Below are positions 12,201-22,244 of a DNA stretch of 36,297 bases, piece after piece (position 1 is the first letter of the stretch; every line of letters begins with the position of its first letter). The position numbers were made by a program, and so were the translations under genes. The notes below the pieces were generated by a model. It saw only the letters and a list, made by a program, of their open reading frames with translations. It had not been told where the DNA came from and did no database searches. The stretch comes from Yokenella regensburgei (GTDB lineage Bacteria > Pseudomonadota > Gammaproteobacteria > Enterobacterales > Enterobacteriaceae). Where the stretch lies: the NCBI RefSeq assembly GCF_051486985.1, contig NZ_JAHVDV010000040.1, positions 2,241 to 38,537 on the forward strand. Direction: 5' to 3'.

Positions 12201-12918
12201 TGAGAAGACGCTCAACCCGCGTGGCGTAGTCGGTCTGTTCCCGGCGAACCGCGTCGGCGACGATGTAGAAATCTACCGCGACGAGAGCCGCACGCAGGTG
12301 CTGACCGTCGCGCATCATCTGCGCCAGCAAACGGAAAAAGTCGGCTTTGCAAACTACTGTCTGGCCGATTTCGTCGCACCCAAACTCAGCGGAAAAGAAG
12401 ACTACATTGGTGCCTTTGCGGTGACCGGTGGCCTGGAAGAGGATGCACTGGCAGAGGCTTACGACGCGCAGCATGATGATTACAACAAAATCATGGTGAA
12501 AGCGGTGGCAGACCGCCTGGCGGAAGCCTTTGCCGAGTATCTGCATGAGCGTGTGCGTAAGGTCTACTGGGGTTATGCGCCAAATGAGAACCTCAGCAAT
12601 GAGGAGCTGATTCGCGAAAACTATCAGGGCATTCGCCCGGCACCGGGCTACCCGGCCTGCCCGGAGCACACCGAGAAAGGCACCATCTGGGAACTGCTGG
12701 ATGTGGAAGCCCACACCGGCATGAAACTGACGGAATCCTTCGCCATGTGGCCGGGCGCATCGGTCTCTGGCTGGTACTTTAGCCACCCTGACAGCAAATA
12801 CTTTGCCGTGGCGCAGCTGCAGCGCGACCAGGTAGAGGATTATGCCCGTCGTAAAGGGATGTCGACGCAGGAAGTGGAACGCTGGCTGGCACCGAATTTA
12901 GGCTATGACGCGGATTAA
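9235..12918 (+). CDS. metH: cobalamin-dependent methionine synthase
   Basis: 1227 aa, GTG start (as in E. coli), [28 protein letters not shown].., colinear with E. coli MetH throughout. Confidence 0.97.
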   Translation: MSSKVEQLKQQLNERILILDGGMGTMIQNQRLSEQDFRGERFANWPCDLKGNNDLLVITQPEVIATIHSAYFAAGADIIETNTFNSTTIAMADYQMESLSAEINFAAAKLARACADEWTARTPEKPRYVAGVLGPTNRTASISPDVNDPAFRNITFDGLVEAYRESTKALVEGGCDLILIETVFDTLNAKAAIFAVKEEFDALGVDLPIMISGTITDASGRTLSGQTTEAFYNSLRHADALTFGLNCALGPDELRQYVQELSRIAECYVTAHPNAGLPNAFGEYDLDADTMAAQIREWAEAGFLNIVGGCCGTTPEHIKAMSDAVAGLAPRKLPDLPVACRLAGLEPLNIGDDSLFVNVGERTNVTGSAKFKRLIKEEKYNDALDVARQQVESGAQIIDINMDEGMLDAEAAMVRFLNLIAGEPDIARVPIMIDSSKWEVIEKGLKCIQGKGIVNSISMKEGVDTFIHHAKLVRRYGAAMVVMAFDEVGQADTRERKIEICRRAYNILTEEVGFPPEDIIFDPNIFAVATGIEEHNNYAQDFIGACEDIKRELPHALISGGVSNVSFSFRGNDPVREAIHAVFLYYAIRNGMDMGIVNAGQLAIYDDLPAELREAVEDVILNRRDDGTERLLDLAEKYRGSKTDETANTQQAEWRSWDVKKRLEYSLVKGITEFIELDTEEARQQAARPIEVIEGPLMDGMNVVGDLFGEGKMFLPQVVKSARVMKQAVAWLEPFIEASKEKGSSNGKMVIATVKGDVHDIGKNIVGVVLQCNNYEIVDLGVMVPTEKILKTAREVNADLIGLSGLITPSLDEMVNVAKEMERQGFTLPLLIGGATTSKAHTAVKIEQNYSGPTVYVQNASRTVGVVAALLSETQRDDFVARTRKEYETVRIQHARKKPRTPPVTLAAARENDLAFDWASYTPPVAHKLGVQDVEASIETLRNYIDWTPFFMTWSLAGKYPRILEDDVVGEEAKRLFQDANDMLDMLSREKTLNPRGVVGLFPANRVGDDVEIYRDESRTQVLTVAHHLRQQTEKVGFANYCLADFVAPKLSGKEDYIGAFAVTGGLEEDALAEAYDAQHDDYNKIMVKAVADRLAEAFAEYLHERVRKVYWGYAPNENLSNEELIRENYQGIRPAPGYPACPEHTEKGTIWELLDVEAHTGMKLTESFAMWPGASVSGWYFSHPDSKYFAVAQLQRDQVEDYARRKGMSTQEVERWLAPNLGYDAD

Positions 12919-12944
12919 TACTCCTCGCTGCTCATATTCAATAC

Positions 12945-12971
12945 ATGGCCTGATTATTCAGGCCATTTTTA
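12945..12971 (+). terminator. metH rho-independent terminator
   Basis: atggcctga-ttat-tcaggccat followed by ttttt. Confidence 0.8.
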
Positions 12972-13026
12972 TTTTCATCATTTCATTCGATGGACATCGC
13001 GGTACGACAATTTTTTATTAATCGTA

Positions 13027-13044
13027 TGACAATTATAATTGTCA
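13027..13044. promoter_or_regulatory. perfect 18-bp palindrome TGACAATTATAATTGTCA in the sdaC-like promoter region (candidate operator)
   Basis: Seen directly. Lies in the AT-rich 390-bp region upstream of the sdaC-like gene. No regulator assigned. Confidence 0.3.
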
Positions 13045-13269
13045 TTAGCCGTCTTCGTATATATAACTATAGAGAGTGTTAATCCGCGTCATAATTAATA
13101 ACGTATTAAAAATGATACCTCAAAATAATATAAAAAATTAGGTACTATTTTTGATACCTTAAAAGTCACCTCTCTAAATCAGGTTATGTGATCGCCGTAA
13201 ATAACTAAGCTTAGCCTTATTTTATAAAATAACAAAATAAAGACAGCGTTCTTATTTCTTGAATATGAG

Positions 13270-13283
13270 CCAAATTAATTTGG
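13270..13283. promoter_or_regulatory. 14-bp palindrome CCAAATTAATTTGG about 30 bp upstream of the sdaC-like start (candidate operator)
   Basis: Seen directly. Confidence 0.25.
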
Positions 13284-13310
13284 CTTAAATATCTATTACA
13301 GAGGCCATAT

Positions 13311-14594
13311 ATGGAAAACGTTCAAAGTACTCTTGTCACGCGTGAAAGCAGTGGCTGGAGAAAGAGTGATACCGTCTGGATGCTGGGCCTGTACGGTACT
13401 GCAATTGGCGCTGGCGTACTCTTCCTGCCCATTAATGCCGGGGTAGGGGGTTTAATTCCGTTAATTATTATGGCCCTGCTGGCCTTCCCGATGACCTTTT
13501 TTGCTCACCGTGGCTTAACCCGTTTTGTCCTGTCCGGCAAAAACCCGGGGGAAGATATTACCGAAGTTGTCGAAGAACATTTTGGTGTGGGTGCGGGTAA
13601 ATTAATTACTCTGCTCTATTTCTTTGCCATATACCCGATTCTGTTGGTATATAGCGTAGCCATTACGAATACCGTCGACAGCTTTATTACCCATCAACTT
13701 GGCATGGTGTCACCGCCGCGCGCTATCCTGTCGCTGATCCTGATTATCGGTATGATGGCAGTCGTGCGCTTCGGTGAAAAAATGATCGTTAAAGCGATGA
13801 GCGTGCTGGTGTTCCCGTTCGTTGCGGCCCTCATGATGCTGGCGCTGTATCTTATCCCCCAATGGAACGGCGCGGTTCTTGATACCCTCTCACTGAGCAG
13901 CGCGGCGCCCACCGGCCACGGTCTGTGGATGACCCTGTGGCTGGCGATCCCGGTCATGGTGTTCTCCTTTAACCATTCGCCGATCATCTCCTCCTTTGCT
14001 GTCGCAAAACGTGAGGAGTACGGTCAGGATGCCGAACGCAAATGCTCCCGTATCCTGAGCTTTGCCCATATTATGATGGTGCTGACGGTGATGTTCTTCG
14101 TCTTCAGCTGCGTGCTGAGCCTGTCGCCGGAAAACCTGGCCGAAGCGAAAGCCCAAAACATCTCCATTCTCTCTTACCTGGCAAACCACTTTAATGCACC
14201 AGTGATTGCCTGGATGGCACCCATTATTGCCATGATCGCCATTACTAAATCCTTCCTTGGCCACTACCTGGGGGCGCGTGAAGGCTTTAACGGCATGGTG
14301 ATTAAATCTCTGCGCGGCAAAGGCAAGTCCATTGAGCTCAACAAACTGAACAAAATCACGGCGCTGTTCATGCTGGTGACCACCTGGATTGTTGCCACCC
14401 TGAACCCGAGCATCCTCGGCATGATTGAAAACCTCGGTGGCCCGATTATCGCCGTCATCCTGTTCCTGATGCCGATGTATGCCATCAATAAAGTCCCGGC
14501 GATGCGCAAATACAGTGGTGCTATCAGCAACGTGTTTGTGGTCATGATGGGCCTGATTGCCATCTCCGCCATCTTCTTCTCGCTGTTCAGCTAA
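13311..14594 (+). CDS. sdaC: serine:H+ symporter (HAAAP family, SdaC/TdcC-like)
   Basis: 427 aa. [32 protein letters not shown].. and the rest are colinear with E. coli SdaC. Confidence 0.9.
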   Translation: MENVQSTLVTRESSGWRKSDTVWMLGLYGTAIGAGVLFLPINAGVGGLIPLIIMALLAFPMTFFAHRGLTRFVLSGKNPGEDITEVVEEHFGVGAGKLITLLYFFAIYPILLVYSVAITNTVDSFITHQLGMVSPPRAILSLILIIGMMAVVRFGEKMIVKAMSVLVFPFVAALMMLALYLIPQWNGAVLDTLSLSSAAPTGHGLWMTLWLAIPVMVFSFNHSPIISSFAVAKREEYGQDAERKCSRILSFAHIMMVLTVMFFVFSCVLSLSPENLAEAKAQNISILSYLANHFNAPVIAWMAPIIAMIAITKSFLGHYLGAREGFNGMVIKSLRGKGKSIELNKLNKITALFMLVTTWIVATLNPSILGMIENLGGPIIAVILFLMPMYAINKVPAMRKYSGAISNVFVVMMGLIAISAIFFSLFS

Positions 14595-14658
14595 GTTTCC
14601 CGCGCCGCCTGACTGAGGCGGCGTCTCTTTTCTGCTCCGTAACTCGCATGGGTGCCAC

Positions 14659-16026
14659 ATGATTAGCGTTTTCGATATTTTCAAAATCAGCATCGGGCCG
14701 TCCAGCTCTCATACCGTCGGGCCAATGAAAGCGGGAAAACAGTTTGTTGATACCCTGCAGGAAAAAGGCCTGTTACATAAAGTCACGCGGCTGGTGGTGG
14801 ACGTTTACGGTTCGCTGTCATTAACCGGCAAAGGCCACCATACGGATATCGCCATTATCCTTGGCCTTTCCGGTTATTTACCGGAGACGGTGGATATCGA
14901 CGCCATCCCGACGATTATCCGTGACGTCAACACCAACCAGCGTCTGTTTATCGAAGAAGGGAAGCGTGAAATAAAGTTTCCGGTCGCGGAATGCATGCGT
15001 TTTCATAATGAGTTCCTGCCGCTGCATGAAAACGGTATGAGCATCACCGCATTTTGCGAGGGCAAAATTGCCCATTTCCAGACCTATTATTCCATCGGTG
15101 GCGGCTTCATTGTTACCGAAGAAAACTTTGGTAAAAGCCAGGATGCGGATATTGATATTCCTTTCCCGTTCTATTCTGCGCGTAATTTACTAACCCACTG
15201 CCATGACAATTGCCTCTCTATTTCAGCCGTGATGATGAAAAACGAGATAGCTCGTCACGGTCGGGGCAATGTTGAACAGAACATGGCGAAAATATGGGAC
15301 ACCATGCGCAATGCCATCAACCGTGGGATGAGTACCGAAGGCATTCTGCCAGGCCCACTGAAGGTGCCTCGTCGCGCCTCCGCACTGCACCGTGTGCTGG
15401 CACCGCAAAGCCAGTCCATTACCCCATTAAGTGCAATGGACTGGGTTAACATGTTTGCAATGGCGGTGGGGGAAGAGAACGCCGCGGGCGGGCGTGTGGT
15501 GACGGCCCCGACCAATGGCGCCTGCGGGATCATTCCTGCTGTTCTGGCTTATTACGATCGCTTTATCAAAACCGTAACCCCGGACATTTACATGCGCTAT
15601 TTTCTGACCGCAGGCGCGGTTGGCATTCTGTATAAGATGAATGCCTCGATTTCCGGTGCGGAAGTAGGCTGCCAGGGTGAAGTGGGTGTGGCATGTTCGA
15701 TGGCCTCAGCCGGACTTGCTGAACTGCTGGGCGGTAGCCCGGAGAAGGTGTGCATTGCTGCTGAAATTGGCATGGAGCACAATCTGGGACTGACCTGTGA
15801 CCCGGTTGCCGGTCAGGTGCAGGTGCCGTGCATTGAGCGTAACGCTATTGCGGCAGTCAAAGCCATTAACTCGGCCAGCATGGCGATGTACCGCACCAGC
15901 GACCCGAAAGTCTCTCTGGATAAAGTCATCGAAACGATGTTTGAAACCGGTAAAGACATGAATGCGAAGTACCGAGAAACGGCGCGGGGTGGGCTTGCTA
16001 TCAAAGTCGCGGTGTGCGAATCCTGA
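14659..16026 (+). CDS. sdaB: L-serine dehydratase (Fe-S, SdaA/SdaB family)
   Basis: 455 aa, [29 protein letters not shown].. matches the E. coli SdaB N-terminus. Conserved [23 protein letters not shown] and [17 protein letters not shown] motifs. Confidence 0.9.
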   Translation: MISVFDIFKISIGPSSSHTVGPMKAGKQFVDTLQEKGLLHKVTRLVVDVYGSLSLTGKGHHTDIAIILGLSGYLPETVDIDAIPTIIRDVNTNQRLFIEEGKREIKFPVAECMRFHNEFLPLHENGMSITAFCEGKIAHFQTYYSIGGGFIVTEENFGKSQDADIDIPFPFYSARNLLTHCHDNCLSISAVMMKNEIARHGRGNVEQNMAKIWDTMRNAINRGMSTEGILPGPLKVPRRASALHRVLAPQSQSITPLSAMDWVNMFAMAVGEENAAGGRVVTAPTNGACGIIPAVLAYYDRFIKTVTPDIYMRYFLTAGAVGILYKMNASISGAEVGCQGEVGVACSMASAGLAELLGGSPEKVCIAAEIGMEHNLGLTCDPVAGQVQVPCIERNAIAAVKAINSASMAMYRTSDPKVSLDKVIETMFETGKDMNAKYRETARGGLAIKVAVCES

Positions 16027-16040
16027 TCTCCTCAATTAAA

Positions 16041-16067
16041 CCGTCTGCCTGGCAGACGGTTTTTTTC
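16041..16067. terminator. bidirectional rho-independent terminator between sdaB and the convergent XRE gene
   Basis: ccgtctgcc-t-ggcagacgg followed by ttttttt. The A-run on the other strand serves the XRE gene. Confidence 0.8.
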
Positions 16068-16072
16068 TGTCA

Positions 16073-16519
16073 TTACTCTTTCTTTGCAACATCCGGCGCC
16101 TGATGTGACCAGACGACGCTATGGGAGGCAGAGGAGGTGTACCACTCGTTAATGGTTGAGTGGGCATCGTGCTTGAGAGCCGCATCTTCGGCGAATTTCT
16201 CTTTCGACGCGGTGGCCTGTTTCTTACGAATGCGGATACGGGCAGGAACGGCGGCGTTAATCTGTGCATTAAAGGCGCGTATGTGGGAGTCATACAAAAT
16301 CGACTCCAGTTGATGCAGCCGATCCAGGCCCCGCAAAATGCCAATTAAGGTGCTGAGCGTGACGGACTCGCCCAGTTCAACGCGCTTAATGGTCGCGGCG
16401 CCAACCTGAGCGCGTTCCGCCAGTTCGATTTGCGACAGTCCGAGTTGCATACGGGTTTCTTTAATTCGGCGGCACAATTCGGCGATAATTTCATTATCGG
16501 ACATCGTACTGAAGCGCAT
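16073..16519 (-). CDS. XRE-family (Cro/C1-type HTH) transcriptional regulator with a ~70-aa C-terminal extension
   Basis: 148 aa. The N-terminus LGLSQIELAERAQVGAATIKRVE is a typical XRE helix-turn-helix. GAGGA lies 6 nt upstream of the ATG. Confidence 0.7.
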   Translation of the reverse strand: MRFSTMSDNEIIAELCRRIKETRMQLGLSQIELAERAQVGAATIKRVELGESVTLSTLIGILRGLDRLHQLESILYDSHIRAFNAQINAAVPARIRIRKKQATASKEKFAEDAALKHDAHSTINEWYTSSASHSVVWSHQAPDVAKKE

Positions 16520-16772
16520 TTCACATCCTCTACTGCGACATTAAGCAGAGCAGATTATTTAACATAATAAATTATAAATAAAGCGGATAATTTTAAATTT
16601 GCGATGGTAACAACATGCTTTTTTCATTAACAAAGTTTCTACAGGAGAGACAGCCAATAATAAAAATAATAAAATTCCCCCCAAATAAATACCGCAGACG
16701 TTCTTTATCTCATTATTGCCGCGATTGCCTTTATACTTGATACGGTTAGCCGAACAAGGATGAAGTAATGAG

Positions 16773-17213
16773 ATGAGTATAAAAGATAAAATATTTACGT
16801 TCTGGGGAATGATGGATGTGTTCGCTATCGGCAGCTACCTCTTTTTTTCCGTAAAAATGGGTAATCTGCCGTTCTGGTCTGACATTCGACACTTCTATGT
16901 CAATCTGTCGTTTATGCAAGTGAAGGGTGCTGACTATCTGTTGTTACAGTGTGTTTTCTTTATCTACCTGATGCTGATGGTTTCCCTGTTTTATTCTGGC
17001 TGGTGTTTCCTTAAGAAAAAACAGATTGGTATTTTGTTCATTAGCTTACAGGAGGTGATGCGGTTTTTCTCTCTCTCCTGCTCCGTTGCCTTCTTTCCTC
17101 TCATCTTACGGATCATGCGCATCGAGGATGCTCTGGTGGCCTTTATCCTCTTTCTGCTCTCGGAGACGCTTAAAATTGGCTCGTTGCAGTGGCTCAGGAA
17201 ACAGAAGGGTTAA
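16773..17213 (+). CDS. small integral membrane protein (146 aa, about 4 predicted TM helices), unknown function, low GC
   Basis: Hydrophobic segments IFTFWGMMDVFAIGSYLFFSV, YLLLQCVFFIYLMLMVSLFY, IGILFISLQEVMRFFSLSCSVAFFPLIL and ALVAFILFLLSETL. Divergent from the XRE gene across a 250-bp AT-rich spacer. GC is about 43% against about 55% in neighbours. Confidence 0.6.
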   Translation: MSIKDKIFTFWGMMDVFAIGSYLFFSVKMGNLPFWSDIRHFYVNLSFMQVKGADYLLLQCVFFIYLMLMVSLFYSGWCFLKKKQIGILFISLQEVMRFFSLSCSVAFFPLILRIMRIEDALVAFILFLLSETLKIGSLQWLRKQKG

Positions 17214-17379
17214 GGCGAACGGGCACCTGCTGTCTCTTTATTGTGTTTAACCTCTTATACTGAGAGTAAACCTTCCCCGCTTCCGCCCCCCGTGGTGGCA
17301 CGACCCCCTTTCTGCTGAAGTAAGGAAGGGGTAGCGAGGGAAAGACAGGAACTTATAACAATAAGGAGAATCTGCATCC

Positions 17380-19011
17380 GTGTTAATTCTGCTTCACCTG
17401 CTCTCTTCGGTTGCCCTGTTAGTCTGGGGCACACACATTGTACGTACCGGCGTGATGCGCGTATTCGGTGCGCGGCTGCGCACCGTACTCAGCCGTAGCG
17501 TCGAGAAAAAAACGCTCGCCTTTAGCGCCGGGATTGGGGTAACTGCTCTGGTTCAGAGCAGCAATGCGACCACCATGCTGGTCACCTCTTTTGTGGCCCA
17601 GGATCTGGTAGCACTGGCGCCTGCGCTGGTGATTGTGCTGGGGGCGGACGTGGGAACCGCGCTGATGGCGCGCGTGCTCACTTTCGATCTCTCCTGGTTG
17701 TCGCCTTTGCTGATTTTCGTAGGGGTCATCTTCTTTCTTGGACGTAAGCAAACGCGGGAAGGGCAGCTGGGCCGCGTGAGCATCGGCCTTGGGCTTATCC
17801 TGCTGGCGCTTGAGCTTATTGTACAGGCGGTCACGCCCATTACTCAGGCGAACGGCGTACAGGTGATTTTCGCCTCACTGACGGGCGATATCATGCTGGA
17901 TGCGCTCATTGGCGCGGTGTTCGCGATCATCAGCTATTCGAGCCTGGCCGCCGTACTGCTGACGGCGACCCTGACCACGGCGGGGATCATCTCTTTCCCG
18001 GTGGCCCTCTGCCTGGTGATTGGCGCGAACCTCGGCTCTGGCTTGCTGGCGATGCTCAACAATAGCGCAGCCAATGCCGCCGCCCGCCGCGTGGCACTGG
18101 GGAGCCTGTTGTTTAAGCTGGTGGGGAGCATCGCCATTCTGCCGTTTGTGCATATGCTGGCGGATCTGATGGACGAGCTGCCGCTGCCCAAAGCTGAGCT
18201 GGTTATCTATTTCCACGTCTTCTACAACCTGATTCGCTGTCTGGTGATGGTGCCCTTTGTGGGGGCGATGGCGACCCTTTGCCAACGATTAATCCGTGAT
18301 GAACCAGAACTGGACGCCCGGCTTAAGCCGAAGCACCTGGACAGTTCTGCGCTCGACACGCCTACCCTTGCACTGGCCAATGCCGCCCGTGAAACGCTAC
18401 GCATTGGTGACGCGATGGAGCTCATGCTTGAAGGGCTGCACAAAGTGATGCACGGTGAACCCCGTCAGGAGAAGGAGCTGCGTAAGCTCGCTGATGACAT
18501 CAACGTGCTTTATACCGCCATCAAGCTTTACCTTGCCCGTATGCCCAAAGAGGAGCTGGCCGAAGAGGAATCTAAACGCTGGGCCGAAATTATTGAGATG
18601 TCGCTCAACCTGGAGCAGGCGTCCGATATTGTCGAGCGTATGGGGAGTGAAATCGCTGATAAATCGCTGGCGGCCCGGCGGGCTTTTTCCGTCGAGGGAC
18701 TCAGGGAGCTGGATGCGCTCTATGAGCAACTGCTCACCAACCTGAAGCTGGCAATGTCGGTCTTTTTCTCCGGTGATGTCACCAGCGCCCGCCGCCTGCG
18801 TCGCAGTAAGCACCGTTTTCGCATTCTCAACCGACGCTATTCTCACGCGCATGTTGACAGGTTACATCAGCAAAACGTGCAGAGCATTGAAACCAGTTCA
18901 CTGCATATGGGCCTGCTGGGTGACATGAAACGCCTCAACTCGTTGTTCTGCTCCGTAGCTTACAGCGTGCTGGAACAGCCCGACGACGATGACGGGAAGG
19001 ACGAGTATTAA
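17380..19011 (+). CDS. yjbB: Na+/phosphate cotransporter family protein YjbB
   Basis: 543 aa, GTG start, MLILLHLLSSVALLVWGTHIVRTGVMRVFGARLRTVLSRS.., colinear with E. coli YjbB. Confidence 0.95.
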   Translation: MLILLHLLSSVALLVWGTHIVRTGVMRVFGARLRTVLSRSVEKKTLAFSAGIGVTALVQSSNATTMLVTSFVAQDLVALAPALVIVLGADVGTALMARVLTFDLSWLSPLLIFVGVIFFLGRKQTREGQLGRVSIGLGLILLALELIVQAVTPITQANGVQVIFASLTGDIMLDALIGAVFAIISYSSLAAVLLTATLTTAGIISFPVALCLVIGANLGSGLLAMLNNSAANAAARRVALGSLLFKLVGSIAILPFVHMLADLMDELPLPKAELVIYFHVFYNLIRCLVMVPFVGAMATLCQRLIRDEPELDARLKPKHLDSSALDTPTLALANAARETLRIGDAMELMLEGLHKVMHGEPRQEKELRKLADDINVLYTAIKLYLARMPKEELAEEESKRWAEIIEMSLNLEQASDIVERMGSEIADKSLAARRAFSVEGLRELDALYEQLLTNLKLAMSVFFSGDVTSARRLRRSKHRFRILNRRYSHAHVDRLHQQNVQSIETSSLHMGLLGDMKRLNSLFCSVAYSVLEQPDDDDGKDEY

Positions 19012-19157
19012 GTCTGACAGAGTGGGTGGCGCAGCGGATCCACTGCACGGCGCCATCTGCCAGTGCTTATTGTTTATAGTGCAATGACTGTCTTAATGGA
19101 TAGCGCAATGGCCAGCGCTTTCATCACGGCGAGGGTCGTTTTCAGCGTTGAATTGCC

Positions 19158-19361
19158 TTAGTCACTGACTGAGCGAGATAGCTGTTCGCGGGATAAACCC
19201 GTGCTGGCTGCAACCTGTGTCATCCCTTTCGCACGCGCCACGACGCCTAACGCTTTTGCACTGTACGCGGCATCGCCTGTTTCAAACGCATCAGCCATAA
19301 AGATGGCAATTTCATCATCAACCAGCGCAGTGGCGGGATCATAGAGGGTAAGGTTGTTCAT
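19158..19361 (-). CDS. putative addiction-module antidote protein (HigA / HI1420-like HTH antitoxin), 67 aa
   Basis: MNNLTLYDPATALVDDEIAIFMADAFETGDAAYSAKALGVVARAKGMTQVAASTGLSREQLSRSVSD. Its start overlaps the stop of an upstream toxin-like reading frame by 23 nt. May be C-terminally short relative to the family. Confidence 0.6.
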   Translation of the reverse strand: MNNLTLYDPATALVDDEIAIFMADAFETGDAAYSAKALGVVARAKGMTQVAASTGLSREQLSRSVSD

Positions 19362-19665
19362 CAGTGAATATCCCCTGCTCTGTGATTGAATTTGATAATT
19401 TTTCGGCAAGGATGATGTCGTTTTCTTGAGAACGTTTATCACCATAAAGCAGAAGAATGATAACCTTCCCCTGTTATTTATAATAAATCCTGTATCCCGG
19501 CCCCCAGTGAACCCTTGGCTCACTAATGCCCTCTCCAACGGGTTACGCATCACCCGAAAGGGGATTGGCCAGGCGGAAAAGGCGAGTGGCAATAAGTGTC
19601 TTTGCCCGTCGGTCTGTAAGATTTTTTTCCCATCTACGCAACACATCGGTTGATTCCGCGTTTGT
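19339..19665 (-). pseudogene. degraded HigB / HI1419-like (RelE/ParE superfamily) toxin gene: two in-frame TAA stops and no start codon
   Basis: The minus-strand frame reads ..[83 protein letters not shown]. In-frame TAA at 19543-19545 and 19474-19476; TGA at 19339-19341. The motifs PVGEG.SE, H.GPGYRIY and ILLL.GDK are typical of this killer-protein family. Confidence 0.65.
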
Positions 19666-19808
19666 TGCTCACACAACGTTGCGCGGTCTTTCAGGCGTCA
19701 CGTTATGCAGAAAGACGCAGCAGATCACATTTAATTGGCGAGCGCTTGTGTAGAGGATTTTTTATCTGCAGTCAGGTGAGATATATTTCACCGATTACAG
19801 GAGAATTT

Positions 19809-20687
19809 ATGCTGCCAGACTCATCAACCCGATTAAATAAATACATCAGTGAGAGCGGAATCTGCTCGCGCCGCGAGGCCGACCGCTTTATCGAACAAGG
19901 CAACGTCTTTATTAATGGTAAACGCGCTGCCATTGGCGATCAGGTTAAGCCCGGTGACGTTGTGAAGGTCAACGGCCAGTTGATTGAGCCGCGCGAAGCC
20001 GATGATTTAGTGCTGATTGCGCTGAACAAACCGGTCGGTATTGTCAGCACAACCGAAGATGGTGAGCGCGATAACATCGTGGACTTCGTTAACCACAGTA
20101 AGCGCGTTTTCCCTATTGGCCGTCTGGATAAAGACTCTCAGGGGCTGATTTTTCTTACCAACCACGGCGACCTGGTCAACAAGATTTTGCGCGCCGGTAA
20201 CGATCACGAAAAAGAGTATCTGGTGACGGTGGATAAACCCGTTACCGACGATTTCATCCGTGGCATGGGCGCGGGTGTACCGATCCTGGGTACCGTCACC
20301 AAAAAATGCAAGGTCAAGAAAGAGGCACCTTTTGTGTTTCGCATTACCCTGGTGCAGGGGCTGAACCGCCAGATCCGCCGCATGTGCGAACACTTTGGAT
20401 TTGAAGTGACCAAACTGGAGCGCACCCGCATCATGAACGTCAGCCTGACGGGCATTCCACTGGGTGAATGGCGTGATCTCACCGACGATGAGCTGATCGA
20501 CCTCTTTAAACTCATCGAGAATTCGTCGTCTGAAGCGAAGCCGAAAGCGAAGGTAAAACCGAAGGCCGCAGCGACAACCGCGAAGAAACCGGCAGCCAGC
20601 GGGGCGAAAAACATGGCAAAAACCCCGGCGGAGCTGGCGTCACGCAAACGCTTTACCGCACCGGGTCGTAAGAAGAAAGGACGTTAA
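19809..20687 (+). CDS. rluF: 23S rRNA pseudouridine(2604) synthase RluF
   Basis: 292 aa, [40 protein letters not shown].., as E. coli RluF. AGGAG RBS. The track ORF start at 19650 is rejected. Confidence 0.95.
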   Translation: MLPDSSTRLNKYISESGICSRREADRFIEQGNVFINGKRAAIGDQVKPGDVVKVNGQLIEPREADDLVLIALNKPVGIVSTTEDGERDNIVDFVNHSKRVFPIGRLDKDSQGLIFLTNHGDLVNKILRAGNDHEKEYLVTVDKPVTDDFIRGMGAGVPILGTVTKKCKVKKEAPFVFRITLVQGLNRQIRRMCEHFGFEVTKLERTRIMNVSLTGIPLGEWRDLTDDELIDLFKLIENSSSEAKPKAKVKPKAAATTAKKPAASGAKNMAKTPAELASRKRFTAPGRKKKGR

Positions 20688-20956
20688 CGCCTGCCGCGCG
20701 TTGAGGTACTGGCCGACCACGAAAAGGTGGCCGCTTCATCCGGTTTGTAAGCCTGCTTTTTCTTTAACTGGCGGGCTTTTTTTGCCTCTGCTTCCCGCTC
20801 CACCATCAGTTTGTCGATGTACTCTTTTTTGACGTTATTGGTTTCGGCGTTGGTCAGCACGCGTCCGTGGGCAATGCGTGCGCGATCCAGTAACGTTTTC
20901 AGTTCACGCTGTTCGCGCTCGGTCATCTCTTTTTGCGTAATGCGGGGGAGTGCCAT
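20684..20956 (-). CDS. yjbD: DUF3811 protein YjbD
   Basis: 90 aa, [32 protein letters not shown].., near-identical to E. coli YjbD. Overlaps the rluF stop by 4 nt. Confidence 0.9.
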   Translation of the reverse strand: MALPRITQKEMTEREQRELKTLLDRARIAHGRVLTNAETNNVKKEYIDKLMVEREAEAKKARQLKKKQAYKPDEAATFSWSASTSTRGRR

Positions 20957-21055
20957 GGGTGTGCCCTCAGTGGGAAAGTGAACCCAGTGTACGGCAATGT
21001 GGCGAAGCTCACCATGATATAAGCCGGGTAAGCGTGAGCCACCCGGCTTTGCTCA

Positions 21056-21997
21056 TTACTTTTGCGTCACTCTGTCCTGCGGTTGCTGTTCAATAGGCTT
21101 ACCAGACCAGTAGCCTGCCAGCAGCGAACCGGAGAGGTTGTGCCACACCGAGAACAGTGCCCCCGGCAGGGCCGCCAGCGGGGAAAAGTAGATTTTACCG
21201 AGCGCTGCCGCCAGCCCGGAGTTTTGCATACCCACTTCAATCGCAAGCGTGCGGCAGGTGGACTCGTCAAAACCAAACAGACGTCCGCCCCAGTAGCCGC
21301 ACAGCAGACCGATGCTGTTATGCAGAATCACCGCCACTATCACCACCAGGCCGACTGACGCAATGTGTGCCGCAGAACCCGCCACCACCGCGCTGATGAT
21401 CGCCAGAATGCAGACCATTGAAAATGCCGGCAGGTACGGCTCTACAGCTTTCACCACACGTGGGAACAGATGGTGAACGACCAGACCGAGGCCAATCGGT
21501 ATCACCACAATTTGCAGGATGCTGAGCAGCATACCCATGATATCAACCTGAATATGCGCGTCCACGTAGAGGCGGGTGAGCAGCGGCGTGGCAATCACGC
21601 CCACCAGCGTGGAGACAGACGAAATCGTCACGGAGAGCGCCACATCACCCTTCGCCAGATAGATCATCACGTTGGAGGCCGTGCCGCTTGCCACGCTGCC
21701 AACCAGCACCATCCCGGCAGAAAGGTCCGGCGGCATGTTGAAAATCATCGCCAGCAGCCAGGCGGCTAATGGCATCACAAGGTAGTGCAGAAAAGTCCCT
21801 GCGGCGACGGGAGCCGGGCGCGACAGCACACGCTTAAAGTCGTCAATTTTTAAGTGTACGCCCATGCCAAACATAATCAGCATCAGAAGCGTGCTGACCC
21901 AGGGGCCAATGGGCGTAAAGGTAGAGGGCGTGTAATAAGCAACAACAGAGAGCAGCAGCGCCCATAACGGGAACAGCCGGGTCAGTACGGCGAGCAT
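21056..21997 (-). CDS. bile acid:sodium symporter (BASS) family transporter, 313 aa
   Basis: Starts [22 protein letters not shown] with AAGGAAA 5 nt upstream. Polytopic membrane protein. The upstream in-frame extension of the 354-aa track ORF runs into the ERIC element and is rejected. Confidence 0.8.
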   Translation of the reverse strand: MLAVLTRLFPLWALLLSVVAYYTPSTFTPIGPWVSTLLMLIMFGMGVHLKIDDFKRVLSRPAPVAAGTFLHYLVMPLAAWLLAMIFNMPPDLSAGMVLVGSVASGTASNVMIYLAKGDVALSVTISSVSTLVGVIATPLLTRLYVDAHIQVDIMGMLLSILQIVVIPIGLGLVVHHLFPRVVKAVEPYLPAFSMVCILAIISAVVAGSAAHIASVGLVVIVAVILHNSIGLLCGYWGGRLFGFDESTCRTLAIEVGMQNSGLAAALGKIYFSPLAALPGALFSVWHNLSGSLLAGYWSGKPIEQQPQDRVTQK

Positions 21998-22036
21998 AGC
22001 GATTTCCTTGCAGGTGTGGTGTTGTGTTTCGTTATG

Positions 22037-22160
22037 TACCCTAACTAATTCGAGTCGCCGGAAGGCGGCAAGTGTGTGACTCCCAGGGAGCTTACCGAAG
22101 TAAGTGACTGGGATGAGCAAACACAGCCAACACGCGTGCGGCCTGAAGTATGACGGGTAT
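22037..22160. repeat. ERIC (enterobacterial repetitive intergenic consensus) element, copy A, in the 5' leader of the BASS transporter gene
   Basis: Contains ..tgactcccagggagcttaccgaagtaagtgactgggatgagc.., matching the ERIC core (ERIC1R/ERIC2 primer regions CCCAGGAGCTTACAT / AAGTAAGTGACTGGGGTGAGCG). 124-bp imperfect palindrome. Confidence 0.85.
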
Positions 22161-22165
22161 AAAAA

Positions 22166-22190
22166 AGGCCGGGATCGAGCACGGCCATAG
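22166..22190 (-). terminator. probable rtcR terminator
   Basis: On the minus strand, a GC hairpin ggccgtgctcgatcccggcc followed by tttttt, just after the rtcR stop. Confidence 0.5.
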
Positions 22191-22244
22191 GTATTGTTTA
22201 TCGTGTGCGGAAAAAATATTCAAACAAATTATGGTGAAGAGGAT

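Noticed and set aside
9425-12786. Long antisense ORFs opposite metH (for example 11845..12786, 313 aa; 10035..10628, 197 aa)
   Set aside because: They are entirely antisense to a highly conserved CDS in GC-rich DNA, with no RBS or family resemblance.
19158-19676. 172-aa minus-strand ORF
   Set aside because: It is a chimera. Its C-terminal 67 aa are the real antitoxin. The N-terminal part is an alternative frame across the decayed HigB-like toxin gene. The conserved toxin motifs are in a different frame, interrupted by two TAA codons.
21998-22120. N-terminal extension of the BASS transporter ORF (354 aa version)
   Set aside because: The extension translates the ERIC element. The ATG at 21997 has a strong RBS and begins the first TM segment.
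22037-22160. Possible novel riboswitch or structured leader shared by the BASS transporter and yjbE leaders
   Set aside because: Both copies contain the ERIC core (cccagggagcttac..gtaagtgactggg) and are about 124-bp imperfect palindromes. This is a known repeat family, not a new riboswitch.
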